Shown here: piece after piece, positions 1 to 15,000 of the stretch
How positions within the stretch are numbered: position 1 is the first letter of the stretch
Layout: every line of letters starts with the position of its first letter
From: Eukaryota sp. TZLM1-RC
Taxonomy: Eukaryota; Protista; Metamonada: BaSk clade
Assembly: GCA_040285825.1 (NCBI GenBank)
Contig: JAUPSS010000005.1
Coordinates: forward strand, 1,426,001-1,490,000
DNA length: 64,000 nt
Direction of reading: 5' to 3'
Notes under the pieces: model-generated
The model's input: the letters and a program-made list of their open reading frames with translations, nothing else
What the model was told of the DNA's origin: nothing
Database searches by the model: none
Made by a program: the position numbers and the translations under genes

Positions 1-3000
1 GATATTACTATTGACTCATTAAGAGTTACTGGAGGTGATGTTATATTTAAAAATTTAGGTGGTGATCTAATTATAAATGGAGTGGATCTAACCGGAGGTT
101 TTCTAATTTTTGATGAATTAATTGCCCCTCTCAATCTTAAATTCCTCATCTTAAACGGTACTTTTGTTTCTTTCAATACTAATCATGATGTTACTATTGA
201 TGTTGTCAAAATTCATGGTAATTCAACTGTTTCTGGAGAAGATTTACTTTTTGTTACATTTTTGTAATATTTTGAATGGTTTGGTGGTAGAATTGAAAGT
301 GCTTTGATTGAAACTGGTCCAGAAGCCCAAGCTTATATAGGTTCAGAGCACTTTAAATTTATTGATGATTCTACAATTTCGGTGAAAAACACCATAGATT
401 TCATAGAAAACCCAACAATTTTTATTGGAAGTGATTCTTTATTGGATTTTGGTTCTTCTCTTAAGACCAATTTCCAAACATTTACGAACTTTCAATCAAA
501 TAGTGAAAATAGTACAGGTAATGTTTTAATTCTTGGTGGTGATGTTGAATTTGAAAGTGTTATTATTATTTTTGATTTATTTGTGGAGTTTAATGGAGTT
601 GGAAAAGCTAATGAAACACTTTTCAGTTTTTCTTTTGGATCAATATTTACTGGATCTCTTGAATTATTTGGCGAATGTGAATTTAATATTTTGGACAAGG
701 GGATATTTGAATTTGATGAGAACTCCAAATTAATTGGTCCATTTACTTATTTTTATGTTGGTTATACTGTATCTTCTATTACTACCTCACCAACTGTTAT
801 TTTCAATGGCTTGTTTTCCTTAAATCCTTCAGTTTTGATCGAATTGGGGTCAGTTTATTTTGAGTCTTCATGTTCATTTGAAATTCATAACCTTACAGTA
901 TTTCACCCAGGTAAAGCAGAATTCAATGGCGTTTCAGGTCCTTTGTGGGCACTTAATCACCTTGAAGTCTCTGGAATTCTTCACATTTTTGATCTTCATC
1001 GTCCTTTGGATGTTTACTTTTACCAAGTTTATGGTTCCAATTCCTCTGTCCATTGGAAAGATATTAATAAGGAGGTTTTGTTCAGGAACTCTATCTTCGT
1101 GAGTGATGGGAAGCTCAAATACGAAAATTTCCCTAATATTTACCACTCTCTTTTACAAATCACTAATGCAGAATTCATCACTGAAACAACCAAATCATTA
1201 AAAGTAACTAAACTTGAAAGTTCCAATTCTGACATTACATTTAATTCCAACCCCAATTCCATTAAAGTTGCAGAATTCTTATTATTTTCCTCTCAGTTAA
1301 GCAGTTCAACTGATTGTGATTTGTTAATCACCAGAGCTACCTTTGACACGTCATCATTACGTGGCTCGGACCATGTATTTATTGATGATTTGGTTTTCAA
1401 GTCAGGGCATTTCTATACCGATGTTACTTCTGTGACTGCTTTGCTCACTAGTGAAGGAACTAAGAATTTTCGTCAAGGTGTTTTGTTTACAATTACCTCC
1501 CATGCAGTTTATGATGGAGGGCAAATTATTGGTTTTAGTAATGCTGAAATCGTTACCGAAAAGTCTTCTGATTTTGAATTGAACGGACCTGAACTTTTTT
1601 ACACTGGATCTACTTCACCTAGAAATTTTCACAATTCAGCCAAAGTTTCAATATTTGGAACTGTTTCTCGATCTGCTGGTGGTTCTTTTAATTGTTCTTT
1701 TGATTTATTTATTGAACCACATGGTCAATTGGATTTCCTTGATGGGTCAATTTACTTACTCGCTGGGGGTTATAATAAGGGACATTTCCATGTACATAAC
1801 TTTGCTAGTATTAGACTGGGTCCCTCAAGAACAAAATTTGGCTATGAATTTGCCCATAAAAGCTTTGAATTGCTTCCTGGATCAGTCACTGAATTTAATG
1901 GTTCTCTTTCTATGGATAGGTTTTCAATTTTGAAAACTTATTCGTTTTTGTCATTAAGTTCTTTTGATTTTGATTCTGGTTCATTTTACTTTGGTCCTGA
2001 AACTGTTTTAGATGTTTATACTGATGATTTTCATTGTAAATCCCATTGTATGGTTGTTTTTGATTCCCCAGCAGTTCCATTAGAGTTGGACTCTGTAACT
2101 GTTCAAGGTGGAGGATCTATTACTTTGAATAATTTCAAACAATCTACTTTTATTCATTTTCATTCTCTTTTAATTGAAGATTCTGTAGTTTTATTTAACT
2201 CTGGACAGAATGTCAATATTGGTGCTCTTGATTTAATTAGCGGAATTCTTGAAGGTCTTGATACAGTGCAAGTGGATTCTAATTGGAATTGGAAATCTGG
2301 TAGAATTGGAAGTCCTCGGTCATTCACTTCAACTATCACTTTTGTTTTGAATTCGGATTGTGAGTCTTTAATAGAAACTCAAAGACCAAAACATTTAGCT
2401 TATGGCTCTGTATTAGAAAACTTTGGTGAGCTTACTCTAGTTCATTATTTCCCGTTCTTCATTTATAGAAGCTCCAGCATAGTCAATAGTGGAATTTTCT
2501 TTTATGGTAAAATGTGTGGTGCTTCTATTTGCGACAACTTAGCCAGCTTTGATTTTTCTGCTGTTGATATTGATATAAGTGTCGAGTATCCTGATGTTTC
2601 TTTTAGACCTACTATTCTCAACACTGGTGACTTTGTTAAATTGCACGGAACTTTTACCTTAACTAATAATCTTCCATTTAATCAAACTGGTACTGGAACA
2701 TTTGCTTTAAATGGACGATTTAATCAGCGTAATAGTGATTCAAATCTTGATGGTCTTTTTACTATTTATCCCAATGCTCTATTTGATGTTGGTAGAAGTA
2801 CTTCCACAGTTAAGCAATCTGCTGTTTGGGATGGTTTGGAAGGACGATTGAGAACTAGTTTTGGTGGTATTATCAATTTCAATGGCTATTACAGCCTTAC
2901 CTTAAATTTCCAGCATTCAACTGGAATATTTATTTTCACAAAGCATTCTGATTATGAGCTTGATTCAATTACGATAAGTGGAGGTACAATAAACATGCAT

Positions 3001-6000
3001 CAAGCTAAAGAAAGGAGTGAAATTTTTGATCTTTCAAAAATTTATTCTACTAATGGAACTCTCAATATTGATAATGTTAATCAAGGATTTGTTATTGATG
3101 AATTCACTCAAATTGATGGTGTGGTGAATATCGACACTGTGAATAATTTTCTCCATATTACGACTTTGGCTATTTCGGGAAGATTAGGGCATACTACCAT
3201 TAAGAATGTTGCACAAAATGTTACCTTTGTACAAGAAATCACCAATACTAATGGTACATTAACCATGAAAAACTTGCAAGATTGGTTAGTCTTTGAGTCT
3301 GGCATCTATATTGGAAGTTCACACAGATTTGATCTCACAACTGTTGAAAACAATGTTTTTACTCCTAAATCATTTGATCTTCGTGGAGCAGTCAGCTTTA
3401 TTGATTTGAAACAAAAGTTCATTATTGATGATTATTTCAATGTTTCCACTAGTTCAGCTAGGGTAAAGTTTGGTGAAATTCTTAATGATGTTATTATCAG
3501 AAAAGGGCTATTTGTATTTAATGGTCAAACTGAGTTTAATTCTATTTCTGGTAATACTTTTCTACCTTTTATCCATGCATATTCTGGTTCTCTCAAGTTA
3601 TTGACATTTAAGCAGCTCCATGTAAGTATTGAAATCCTTAGTGAAACTTCTTTAACTGTTGATAACTATGTTTTTATTGAAAGTCCTCGATTAATTACTC
3701 GAACCAGTTCAGCAACAGTTTTAAAAAATGGTATTTCCTACATTGATGTTGATTTTGTTCAAGGTACGGGTGGTTATTGTAATGTTATTACTTTGCCAAT
3801 TTTTGAAGCTAAAGAATTCGAACCCCATGGTGGCAACTTTTTATTCCAAAGTCTCAGCTCTACCTTTATTTTACCAAATTTTGAAATTAGATCTGGCTCA
3901 TTAGTTGAGTTGAGGTCTTTTGTATTATCCTCTTCTCAAATATCAATAGTTCAAGTTTTTGATGGTACCTTAAGACTTGATTCTGGAAAGTCAGTCACCA
4001 TTGACCACTTAGTCTTGGACGGATCAAACGCCAAGAGAGATGGTAATGATATAGCCAATGTTAATAACGAGATCTTTTTCAAACAAGGTTGCTTCTGTGG
4101 TGGTGTTACTAAGTCACTTCAACCTTTGAGACTTACCACTAGTGGTAGAAAGGATATTTTTGCTGAATTACATGCTAAAGTTTTGTGTGAGATTATGGTG
4201 AATAATGGTCAAATTCGCGGAAATTCTAATGGTAAACTTTATTTAGAAGACGAAACAGTTGTTATTGGAGACTTTTGGTTTAGTAGCACTACTAGTAGTA
4301 ATTACCCAGTCATTTATGTTCAGGACACAATCACTTTCTCCACAGCTCAAAATAGAAGAAGAATTGATTGGTTTATTGATATTGCCGTAAATACCATTCA
4401 TTATTTAAATGACTTTGAATTATTGTTTGGTGATGGTGGTGGTGTCATTAGAGCAACTTTTGATTTACAACCAAATACTAAATTAGCTTTTGGTAGTAAT
4501 CAAGCCATTAACTCTAGAACTCATCATTTATTTACTGCCACTTCCATTGTCAATTGTGATACTTGTACATTTGATTTCAGAACTAATTCAGCTTGGGTGA
4601 AGTATAATGGTCAATTTAATCTTTTTACAGAACATGTGCAAAGTTATGGTCGGTTTGAGCTCTTCTCTACAGCACGTCATCCTATTAAAAAATTCGTACT
4701 TTCCAATTGTGATGTTCATTTGCTACACGAAAATGTTGATGGTGCTGATACTGACTACAATGTAGAACTATTTGAATTAAATCAGTGCGGAAGACTCAAT
4801 ATTGTCAATTCTAGGTATAATCTGAATATTGAAAACTTGGCAATTAATGGTGGTTCACTAGAAGTCTCCAATCATGACCATCATTTACTACCAAATTCTG
4901 CTCTACTTAATGGTGGCGCGTTCATTTTGAATAACTTTATTCATCCTGTCAGTTTTCCAGATGTTACCATCAATTCAGGATTTATTTGGCTTAATACAGG
5001 TCATGATGTTCATTTTGATAACCTTGTTATGCGGAATCCTGTGGATCCATCAAGAGTTACGTGTTTTAGGAGTATTAATTTCCAACCTATTTATAATGCT
5101 AATTCTTATAATAATTCGCTTTTAGCTGGTTATGATTCTGTTACTTTGGACTACACTCAGTGGCTAGGTGGTTCTATTGAAGTTGAGGTTGATTTCATGA
5201 TTGACCTTCACTCGGTCGATGCAGGGGATCGTGGTTTTAGTAAGGGTAATTATGTAAATATTCATGATTCAGCTAATCTTGGAGGTCCTGGTGATTTCTA
5301 TCTTACTCGTCCCAGTACTTGGACTGTTTTAGATGATGCTCATATGGAATTCTGGTCAGAGGTGCTTTTCCATTGTAGGTCATGTGATTCATTACCCACC
5401 CTTATTAATCATGGTCGGTTAGATTTTCCAATCCCAGGTAGCCGTGTGTTGTTGAATTTTGTTATCCACAACTATAATCTATTTACATCAGAAGAAAATA
5501 CTGAAATTACTTTTAATGGACCAAGTACTTCTTATGGTTCTTCCAAATACTTAATGGAAGAAGGTTCTGCCGTCATGTTGAGCCATTATGACCATACTTT
5601 TAAAGATGGAATGATTGGGGTCGGGGACGGTACTATCCAAATGGATAATTGGAATTTTAATACTTCCACAAGGGAATGGTCGCCAGAAAACAAGGTGCTA
5701 TTTGATGGCATTTGGGATTTATCCCCTATTTTGATTCAGCCTACTGGGAATTGGGTTTTTGGAAAGAATGCGTTTATTAACCTTACTGAAATTCATTTGA
5801 CCGAAAGAGCTCACGTTTTAGTAGATGGTTCCCGTTCAGCTTCTGGAAGTTGGATTTTTGATAGGTTGAATATTAATACCCATAGTTGGTTTATCATTGA
5901 TGGAACCGATGAACAAATTTCTACAAGATCATTATTCTTATCTTCTGATGAGTTTATTCGATTTAGAAAATCTTCTGAAACTCCTGAATTCATTGATATT

Positions 6001-9000
6001 GAGTTATATAATGGCGAAGCCGAATTCAGTACCTCCCACCACCTTAACTTTCAATCCCTTATTGTAGATGGTGGTACTAAAAGCGGCTCTGATGATATTA
6101 CCACTAATGAATTTGTTTGGAATTGTGGTAGAATTGAAGGTTCTGGTACTATTTACATTAAGAATAACGGCACTATTGGCACCTGTAGGTCTACCCAATG
6201 GTTATCCAACCCTTCTGCTAAACAATTAAGGGATTCTTCTAAATTAGTCTTCCTTCCTGGTTCTGAATTATTTATTGATACTACTAATGCAGTTAATCTA
6301 TACCATTCTACCTCAATTGTTATTGAGGGTTATACTGAAATGATTAATGCCTATTTCCGTGAACGTAGTCAAAGCAATATAGTTACATTTATGGGACCTT
6401 TAACTGAAGCTATTAGTAATGTTTACAGAATATTTGATGCACCAGTAGAGATTTTAAGTGGGGAATTTCATCTCAAAGAGGGCACTATTAATCCAAGACG
6501 ACCATTGAATGTATATTCTTGTTTTTACAGTTACAATGATTCGGCAATGTTATTTGGGCAAAATCGTCCTAGCTCCACTCACTATTTTCATCCAAGTTCT
6601 CAATACATGGAAATCATTCAAAATAAGTCTCAAGCTAGTAGATTTGAGCCCATCACAAGTTCAACGGAAGTAATTGTAGAGGGTTTTTTTAACATTACTT
6701 TATTACATTTCTCCACAGGCACTATTACCTTTACTGGTCCAGTTGCTTTTGATATCGAGAAAATTCGTCTCGTTAATCATGCTGTTCTGCAATTTATTTC
6801 CCTTGACAACGAGTTTAGAAGTGTTCGTGGTTTCGATCTTCGCGGTAATTCCTTATTGCTTTTCAATACTGGACAAGGTATAATTACTTTTGATGGCTCT
6901 TGCGTCTTAGATGACAGTGCTGAAATTTTTGGAGTAAATGATGATATTCAAATTACAGGACATTATTCTTCTTTTCAATGGAATGGAGGATCTTTTGCTG
7001 GTGATATCACAGTAGATTTATCCCCTAAACTAACTATTGCAGGACAAAATCCCAAAGCAATTCGCTTAGGAGTAGTTGTCGTTGCTCATAATGAAGTAGA
7101 ATGGAGCTCCAATGGTAATTTATTTGGTTACGATGGTTCAAAATTAGTTGTTTCTGAGGAGAGTTCACTCAACTTCGTCTCAAATGGCCAGTTTGATTGT
7201 AGTGGAAATTTTACTAATACTGATAAGGTCTGTGATGCTTTTATTGAAATTTTTGGTGCAACTTCAATTGATCCCTTTTCAATGAGAGTTGTGTCCTATT
7301 GGGGAATTTTTGTAGAAGGGAAGTTCACCTTAAATATGGGTTTATTTGAAGCATTTTCTTTTGTACGAGGTGATGGTTTTTTAACAATCAATTATGGAAC
7401 TACTTTTTCATTCACTTCAGCTTCAGAAGATTCATTATTGGGTCCTAATTCAAATATTTTTTCAACTGGTACTATTAGACTTTATGAACGGACAACTGTT
7501 TATATTCAAGGTACTTTTGAAACTGATCAATTGGTATCTGTTGATGAAGGTACTTTAGTTTTCCATGATTCTGCTGTTTTAGTCAATCAATTTGATTTGA
7601 CTGTAGTTGTTGGTAATGCTATTTTTAATAAGGTAACTCAAATGGTTCCCTTAAATACTGTTCATTGTGTGTATGGGAACGTTACCTTCAATACTGAAAG
7701 CGTAGTCACCATTGACGATCTTTTAATTGATCAAGGTTTCCTCCATGGATCTGATCAGGTAGAAGTATTAAATCAGTTTTTATGGCAAGGCGGCGGTATT
7801 GGTCAAAATTCCAATGTCATTAACTTTGTACATGGAGAAGCCGATGTTCCAGACACTACAAGAGTAATGGAAGAAAATGCCAAACTTACTAATAAGGGCT
7901 ACTTTTCAATTAGCGGTTATCAAGAGTTACTTGGTTATGGTGCAAATATTGTCAACACACAAGAAGGGCATATGCTGTTCACTGACTTAATCAAATGGGA
8001 AAGAGCTTCTTTCACAAACGACTCAATAATGGATTCCTATTTCATTAATTATGGAAGTATTGATGTTACTGTTACTCAATTTGACTGCGGATTTGTCTTT
8101 GTACATTATGGAGTTTTGAACCTGATTCTAGGAGAGTTTTACTTTGCTGGGGGTGGTAGTTCTTTTGGTCCAGTTTATGCCATGTCTGGCACTACTGTTG
8201 GTGTTGATGATCGTCCATTTACCTTTGAAAGTGGTGACAATTCTTACATTGAGGGTAATAATTTCTTCTTTGGGCTACGAAATCCCACTGGTATATTTTA
8301 TTTAAAAACAAGATTTTCTTTGAAACAATGTACTATCCAGGACAATGGTCGATTCTATATCACTGACGATGCTTTTATTGCTGAAGAAGTTTCAGTTGTT
8401 GTTAGGGGTACTCAAGTTTTCTTTGAAGATTTCATTAATCCAGACATTTCTTTCACTAGCTTAGAACTTGGTTTTAATTCTATAGTTTCCTTGGTTACTG
8501 GTCATCATATAATAATTGATGAGTTGATGATTAATGGTGGATTCAGAGGAGGAACTGATACAGTAACAGTCAAGAATCAGTTTCAGTTCAGAGCTGGTGG
8601 AGGTTTCCAAGATGAGTCGATTACTTATGCTGAACAAGGTTCTATTTTTATCGATATCTTTGAAAAGGAATTCAAAGATTTATCCACTGTTATTTTCAAT
8701 GGTCCAGTGATTTGGCGTCAAGAAAGTGATATCAGAGGTGGTCTCAATACTACCATTGTGTTTAATGATGTTCTTGAAATTCATGATACTGGTAATTTTG
8801 TATTATATGACTGGGATGAATATGAACCAATGACCTCCCCTAATCCAATCACTATTCCTTCTCAACATTTAACTCCAGATAGTTTACCAGTAGTCTTTGT
8901 GAATCATGGGATGGATTTAACCTCTGATTGGGAAAATATTGAATTCAAGTTTGAATGGGAGTTGCAGAATAAGGGAAACATCACAATCCCAGAAACTTTT

Positions 9001-12000
9001 GTAATGAAAGTTCTTTCTGGAGGTTTTGATTCCCATCCATCACGTTTACTTTCCTCCCCTGGATCTACTCTTGAAGTAGGTGATCCTTATCCCTATATTT
9101 TTGATGAAGAAAGTTGGTTTTATGCTGAAAAATCAATTATAAAAATGACTCCAGGATCTTTAATGTCTTTTGATGGGTTTGTTTGCTTTGATTCTGCAGT
9201 CATTGGGCCTGCTGGAACAATTATTATAGGAGAAAATGCAACCATGTGTAGACCAACTGGCATCATTCTGGAAGGGACTGAGTTAATTTTTGAAGAAGAT
9301 ACTGAAATATGTGATTTCACTTTGAAGGGAGATTACAAATTCCATCTTGGTGAACTGTTGTCCATCACCTGTTCATTCACTTGGTACAGAGGTGTTATTC
9401 ATGGTAGATCCTTTATTTTTATTGAACCTCAAGCTACTTTCTTCTTGGAATTAGATCCTGAAATAAATCAACCAAAAGAAGATAAGATTTATCATGTACT
9501 TGGGGAAGGTACTTCATTTGTCAATTATGGTTCTGGGCTAATTAAGTATGATTTATATGGTGATGTTGGCGCTAAATTTGTCAATAAAGGTGACTTGAAT
9601 CTTCAAGCAGGAAATTGGGTACTACTTGACAACCAAAATGCATCGTTGCCTTATTTAATTAATAGAAATGATTTAGTAATTGAAACATCTGGAGTAGTCA
9701 ATTTTGATTGGAATATTACCCAACAATCTGGTCGTTTCAAGCTCAAAAAAGGTCACTTTAATGTAAATGGCTTTGGTATTGTTTCAGGTCAGTTTGAAAT
9801 TGGCTCAGACACCATTCTTACTATCAACTCTGGATTTGCCTTTTTTAATTCTAATGTTAGGTTATACTCGTCAGATCTGGTAGTAAATGATGCTTTTATC
9901 ACTTTCAGTAACTGTTCTATTTATTGGGGAGACATTGACTATGATTTTAATTATGAAAATTCTATTCTCACATTTGATGAAGATACCACTATTAAAAGCT
10001 CTCCCGGTCTTTTCACTTTGACTGATGGTCTAATTGAAATTTTGGATGTATCTGATGAGTTTACCTTAAATAAGTTTCAACAGGCTGGTGGCTTGCTTTA
10101 TGTTTCATCTTTAGTTTCTGATCCAATTATTACCAACTATCAGTTCCAAGGTGGTCTTATTAACTCTGCTTCTGCATGGTCTGTTGCAAATTTTGTTTTC
10201 GAATCAGGTGAGTTTGTTGGTTCTGAAGTCTTCTCCACCCATAAGTTTACAATCAAAACTGATGGAGACAAGATTTGTAATAGTGACCTCAATATTTTGT
10301 CTGGAATGTTTGAATTTGGAACTGTTTTAGGTACCGATAACTGTGTAGTTTCTAGTCCCAACTTTACTATTGAAACACAGTTTTTGGCTAAACTTGAAGG
10401 ATGTTCTGCTATTTACAAAAACCAAAAATTATTACATGTTAAATCTGGAACTTTTGAATTCAACTTTGGTGAATTGAACGGAGGTGAGGTTCTTGTCGAT
10501 TCTCATCTTTTGTTTACGAAATGCCAAACGTTGGTCAATTCTAGATTAAATGTTTCAAATGATGGTAAAGTTTCGTTTGATTCCGAAGTAGTTCTTTCAG
10601 AAGATTTTTCAATTGATGGAACTGGTATAATAGAAATCAACAGTAATGTGGTCATTAATGGAATTGTTGATTTTGATGGATGCTTTGTAATTTCATCGTA
10701 TGGTAATTTGACTTTTGCTTTTGCTACAGTCAAGAATGTTGAACTTTGTGACATGTCTGGTACTTTTATCGTATTCAACTCGAAGGCCAATTCTTTGTCA
10801 ATAATTAAGCAAAGTGGAACTGCTCAGATTACCAAGTCTAACATTAATTATTATGAAATTAAAGAACTTTCTGGGATAACTCAGTTTGAAGAATCTACAA
10901 ACATATCCAGTCTTTTAGTTTACACGGTCAATGGTAATTTTAACTTTGAGCATTGTTTTATTAAATCATACACGATACTTAATTTTGTTTCTGGTAATAT
11001 CCACTTTTTACAAGATTCTAATGTGAATGTTGTCAAACATTTTCAACTTGGTGGGTCAACTGTTGTCAATGGTAATGAAGTTTCCTTTGCACAAGCCAAT
11101 GTAACTGTTCATGATGGTTCATTTACCTTTGTTGGAGGTTTTATTTTGAACCTTACAAATTTTGTTGTTGGAGGAGATGTAACCATTGATCATTTTTCTT
11201 CTAATGATCAGAAAGTAAATGTGTTAACCTTGAATGATGGAAAGTTTGTTATTACTCCACCCACACAATTTTCTATTACTACTTTTTCTTTCAATAGTGG
11301 AACTTTTGGAGGTCTCAACTCAATTGTTCATGAATTATATTGGAGTGATGGTTTTCTGGATTCTGACTCTTTTGCTCACGTGTCTCTTGTTGAAATGACC
11401 TCTGAATTACAAAAGCATTTCAAGTCGGACTCTAAGCTAGTTGTTTACGATAAGGGAGAATGGAACGATGGTCGTGTTATGGGGGAAGACGGATCTATCC
11501 TTGAAGTTTTGAGCGAAAGTTCAATGATCTTCACTGGTACCGAAGGATGGTATACTCAAAATATTGACACTGTCAATTCTGCCATTTTTTCTACTGGTAT
11601 TTTAGAATTCAGTACAATGGATTCAATCACTATGGAATGGGATATCTTTAGTACTTTAATCACTGTTTCTAAAGGAAATATTTCCTTTGAAGAATCAGAT
11701 ATAGCGACTGACATCTTAATTATTGAGCAGGATGCCACAATTCATCTTCGTAATAGAGTAAATGTTACTGTTTATATTGGTGGGGCTGGTGATGTCGTTA
11801 TTGACGATCAAGATTCACATGTTATTTTTGCGGGAACTCTAAATCAAACAGGAACATTATATATGAGAGATGGTCTTTTAGATTTGAGACAGACCTTGAT
11901 GGTAAATGTTACTATTGATTATATTGGAGGAATTATGTTGTTGGGGCAAGAAGTGAACGCTGAACGAGTCAATCTCCCTGAACTCGGTACTGATTTAGAC

Positions 12001-15000
12001 ATTATTGACACCCAGTTACTTGGATTAATTATTGGTAAATGTAATGGTCCACTCACCATCAAAAATAGTAGAGTTTTGCAAATTGTTATTAACGAAATGT
12101 ATGAGGATTGCCACGTTGTTTTTAAAGAAGGAGCCATTGTTGAAAAAGTTGTTATTAATGATATGTTTGATGGTTCTTTAGTATTCGAAGACGATTCAGA
12201 TGTTAAATTAGACCACATCAAGATTCATGACGGTACTGTTGTTGTACAACCAGGCTCTTCCCCCTCATTTACTGATTCTATTGTATTTATCAATGGTGGA
12301 AATATTACATTACACCAAGCTTCTCAAACAAAATTCAAAGATGTAACAACTGAAATGAATGGTGGTAAATTGATCATTTATCCAAGTGGAACCAAAAATT
12401 GTGCTCAGTGGACCGTGTTGATTTTAAACAATGATGCCAGTTTGGTTATTGATGAACCTGACTGTATTGCCAAGGTCAATTTTCTTGAAGTTAATGACGT
12501 AGCTAGGATCTCTTCTTTGGGAACTACTCATATCAAGGACATGCAATTTAATGGAGGGATTATTGGAAAAGATTCCATCTACTTCCATGTTTTAAATGAA
12601 ATCATTATAACTGATTGCGAGGATAAAATACTTGAGCAAAACGTTCGGTTATTTATTGATAAAATTGGTAGGTTTGAATTAAGTACAGGCAGCTGTGATG
12701 GTTTTACAACCAAGTTCCATGATAATGCCGTACTTTACGTAGATCATTCCGTTTCTCTTAACTTTTCTTCTGATGCCTCCAAGTCTTTGAACTTTGATTT
12801 TGCATGTGATGATTGTAGCTTTTTTTCTGGTATCAGAAACTTGGGTGATTTGCATGTTGAAGATGGCTCTGTTGTTGAATTCTCTGTTAATTTATACTCT
12901 GATGGTGATTTTTATTTACATTCGAATGCAAAAGTTGGTTTCATTCAATTTACAGAAATTTCAGGTAATTTATTGCTAGATTCTTCTGGTCAGCTCAACA
13001 TCAGTAATGAGTTAGTTCAAGAGTTAACTTCTATCATTGAAATTATTACTGATGCAATGATTTATGCTAATTCTGACAATATTGTCTTCAATGGTCAAGT
13101 TAATTGCCAAGAAAACACTACTTGTTTAACAGTGGAAACTGGATCTGTTTATTTTTCAGAGACTTTCACCTCTGACCATGTCAATTTGAATATTGCTGAT
13201 GGTCAACTGAACCACTTTGGACATGTGGACGTTTTGAATTGTAACATTGTAAAGGGAAATTTATCTTTTAAATCAGGTGCTGTTATTGATTCAATTGACC
13301 ACTGTAAAGTAAAATCTTCAGGATCTGTTATTCATTATGCTAATTCACAAACAAAGTCTATTGGAAAAGTAGAAATAACTGATGGTAAATATTATTTACT
13401 CGATGGAAGTATTGTTGATTCTTATGAATCAACTTTTTTGTTAGATGCTGAATCTAGTGAATTTATATCAAAATCAGGAGCCATTTTCAGTCTAACTAGT
13501 GCATCAATCAATCTTAACTCTGGGCTTTATTTATTTGAAACTTCCAGTGTAACTGGTTCGCCCATCATTGCTGAATGTACAATTACCGGTGGTAACTTTG
13601 AAGCTAATTTGGTTGAAGTTGTACTAATAGATGTCTTGCATCTAGACGGTTCCGATGCTAAACGATCTGGTGAATCAACCATTGAAGTATTAAATTTATT
13701 TACTTTTACTCATGGTACTTTGAGTGGTTCAGGAATAACCAAATCTTTGAAATTGTTTAAGTTTAGTTCTCAGTCTCAACAATCAATAACTGATGGTCAT
13801 TTATTAGAATTGATTGATTCTGCTGAATTTTCTCGATGTAATGTTTATGGTGAAGCTCAAGCTTTTATTCATGTATTATCTAATTCTACTGTTGATATCA
13901 CAGGAACATGTTCATTTACTGCTGGTGATTCATCTGATTTGGTTGTTTGGAGTGAAGGTACGATTAACTCTAACCATGATGCTGTAGAATTTGGATGGTA
14001 TTTCACCAATGACTTTACCCTAAATGTGGAATCTGGTGAATTAATTCTTTCTGGTAATGGTACTAATTCCAATATAATCAATACTATAAGTAGTTTAATC
14101 ATAAAGTCTACACTTATTTCTACTGATACTGCAACAATCAATGGTGTTGATCAATCTCTAATTGTTCTTAATTCATTGGTTTCACATTTTATTAACTCTG
14201 GCACTTTTGACGTAAAAGGTGATTTGAAACTTGAACATGTAGATGCTGTTGCTGAATTTGTCAATCAAAGTAGTGTTTTAGTTGTTAATTTTGTGGTGGA
14301 CCAAGGTGTTCTTCATTTTACTGATAATTCCATCATAACATCGTTTTCTGGAACTTTAAATGATGGTGTTGTTTCCGTTTTGAGTAACAGTCGTATTTAC
14401 TTCATTTCTATCATTTCCCAAGATGGTGGACTACTCTCTGTCAATTCTGCCAAGTTGATTGATTTTTCTCAATCCAATTTAATCCTTTCAGGTGGAGAGT
14501 TTATCGTGGATAATAATGCTAAATTTGATCATACAAATGCGACAATTTCTGGTGGCCATTTACTTTTAACTTCAACACTTTCCGGTGTTTATGATGTACA
14601 CTTTGATAATATGGAATTATCGGGTGGTATTTTTGAAACTGAAGGCCAACCTAACCCTGCATATATTAATGTTTTGTTACTGAATGGAGGTACTCGCCAA
14701 GGAGACCGAACTCTCGTTATTAATACCGTTTTTATTTGGGAGTCTGGGTATTTTAAATCGAAAGCTATTACCGAAAGTATTGAATTTACTCTATTTAGAA
14801 CTCCTGACGAAAAGCACCTCGGATCAAATCATGAATTTTTACTTTCTCGTTACAGTGTTTTTGAAGATGGTAACTTGAAGTGCTATAATAATACAAGATT
14901 TATTAATAATTTTGACTCCAACTTTATTATTACCGGAAAAGGTAGCATTACTGATGTTTCTGATGACATTACCCCCATATTTATTAACAAAAACACCGCA

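Noticed and set aside
265-267. TAA/TAG reassigned to Gln (hexamitid or ciliate code)
   Set aside because: More than 14,000 codons of the giant ORFs contain only this one internal TAA, and genes end at TAA, TAG and TGA at sensible positions.
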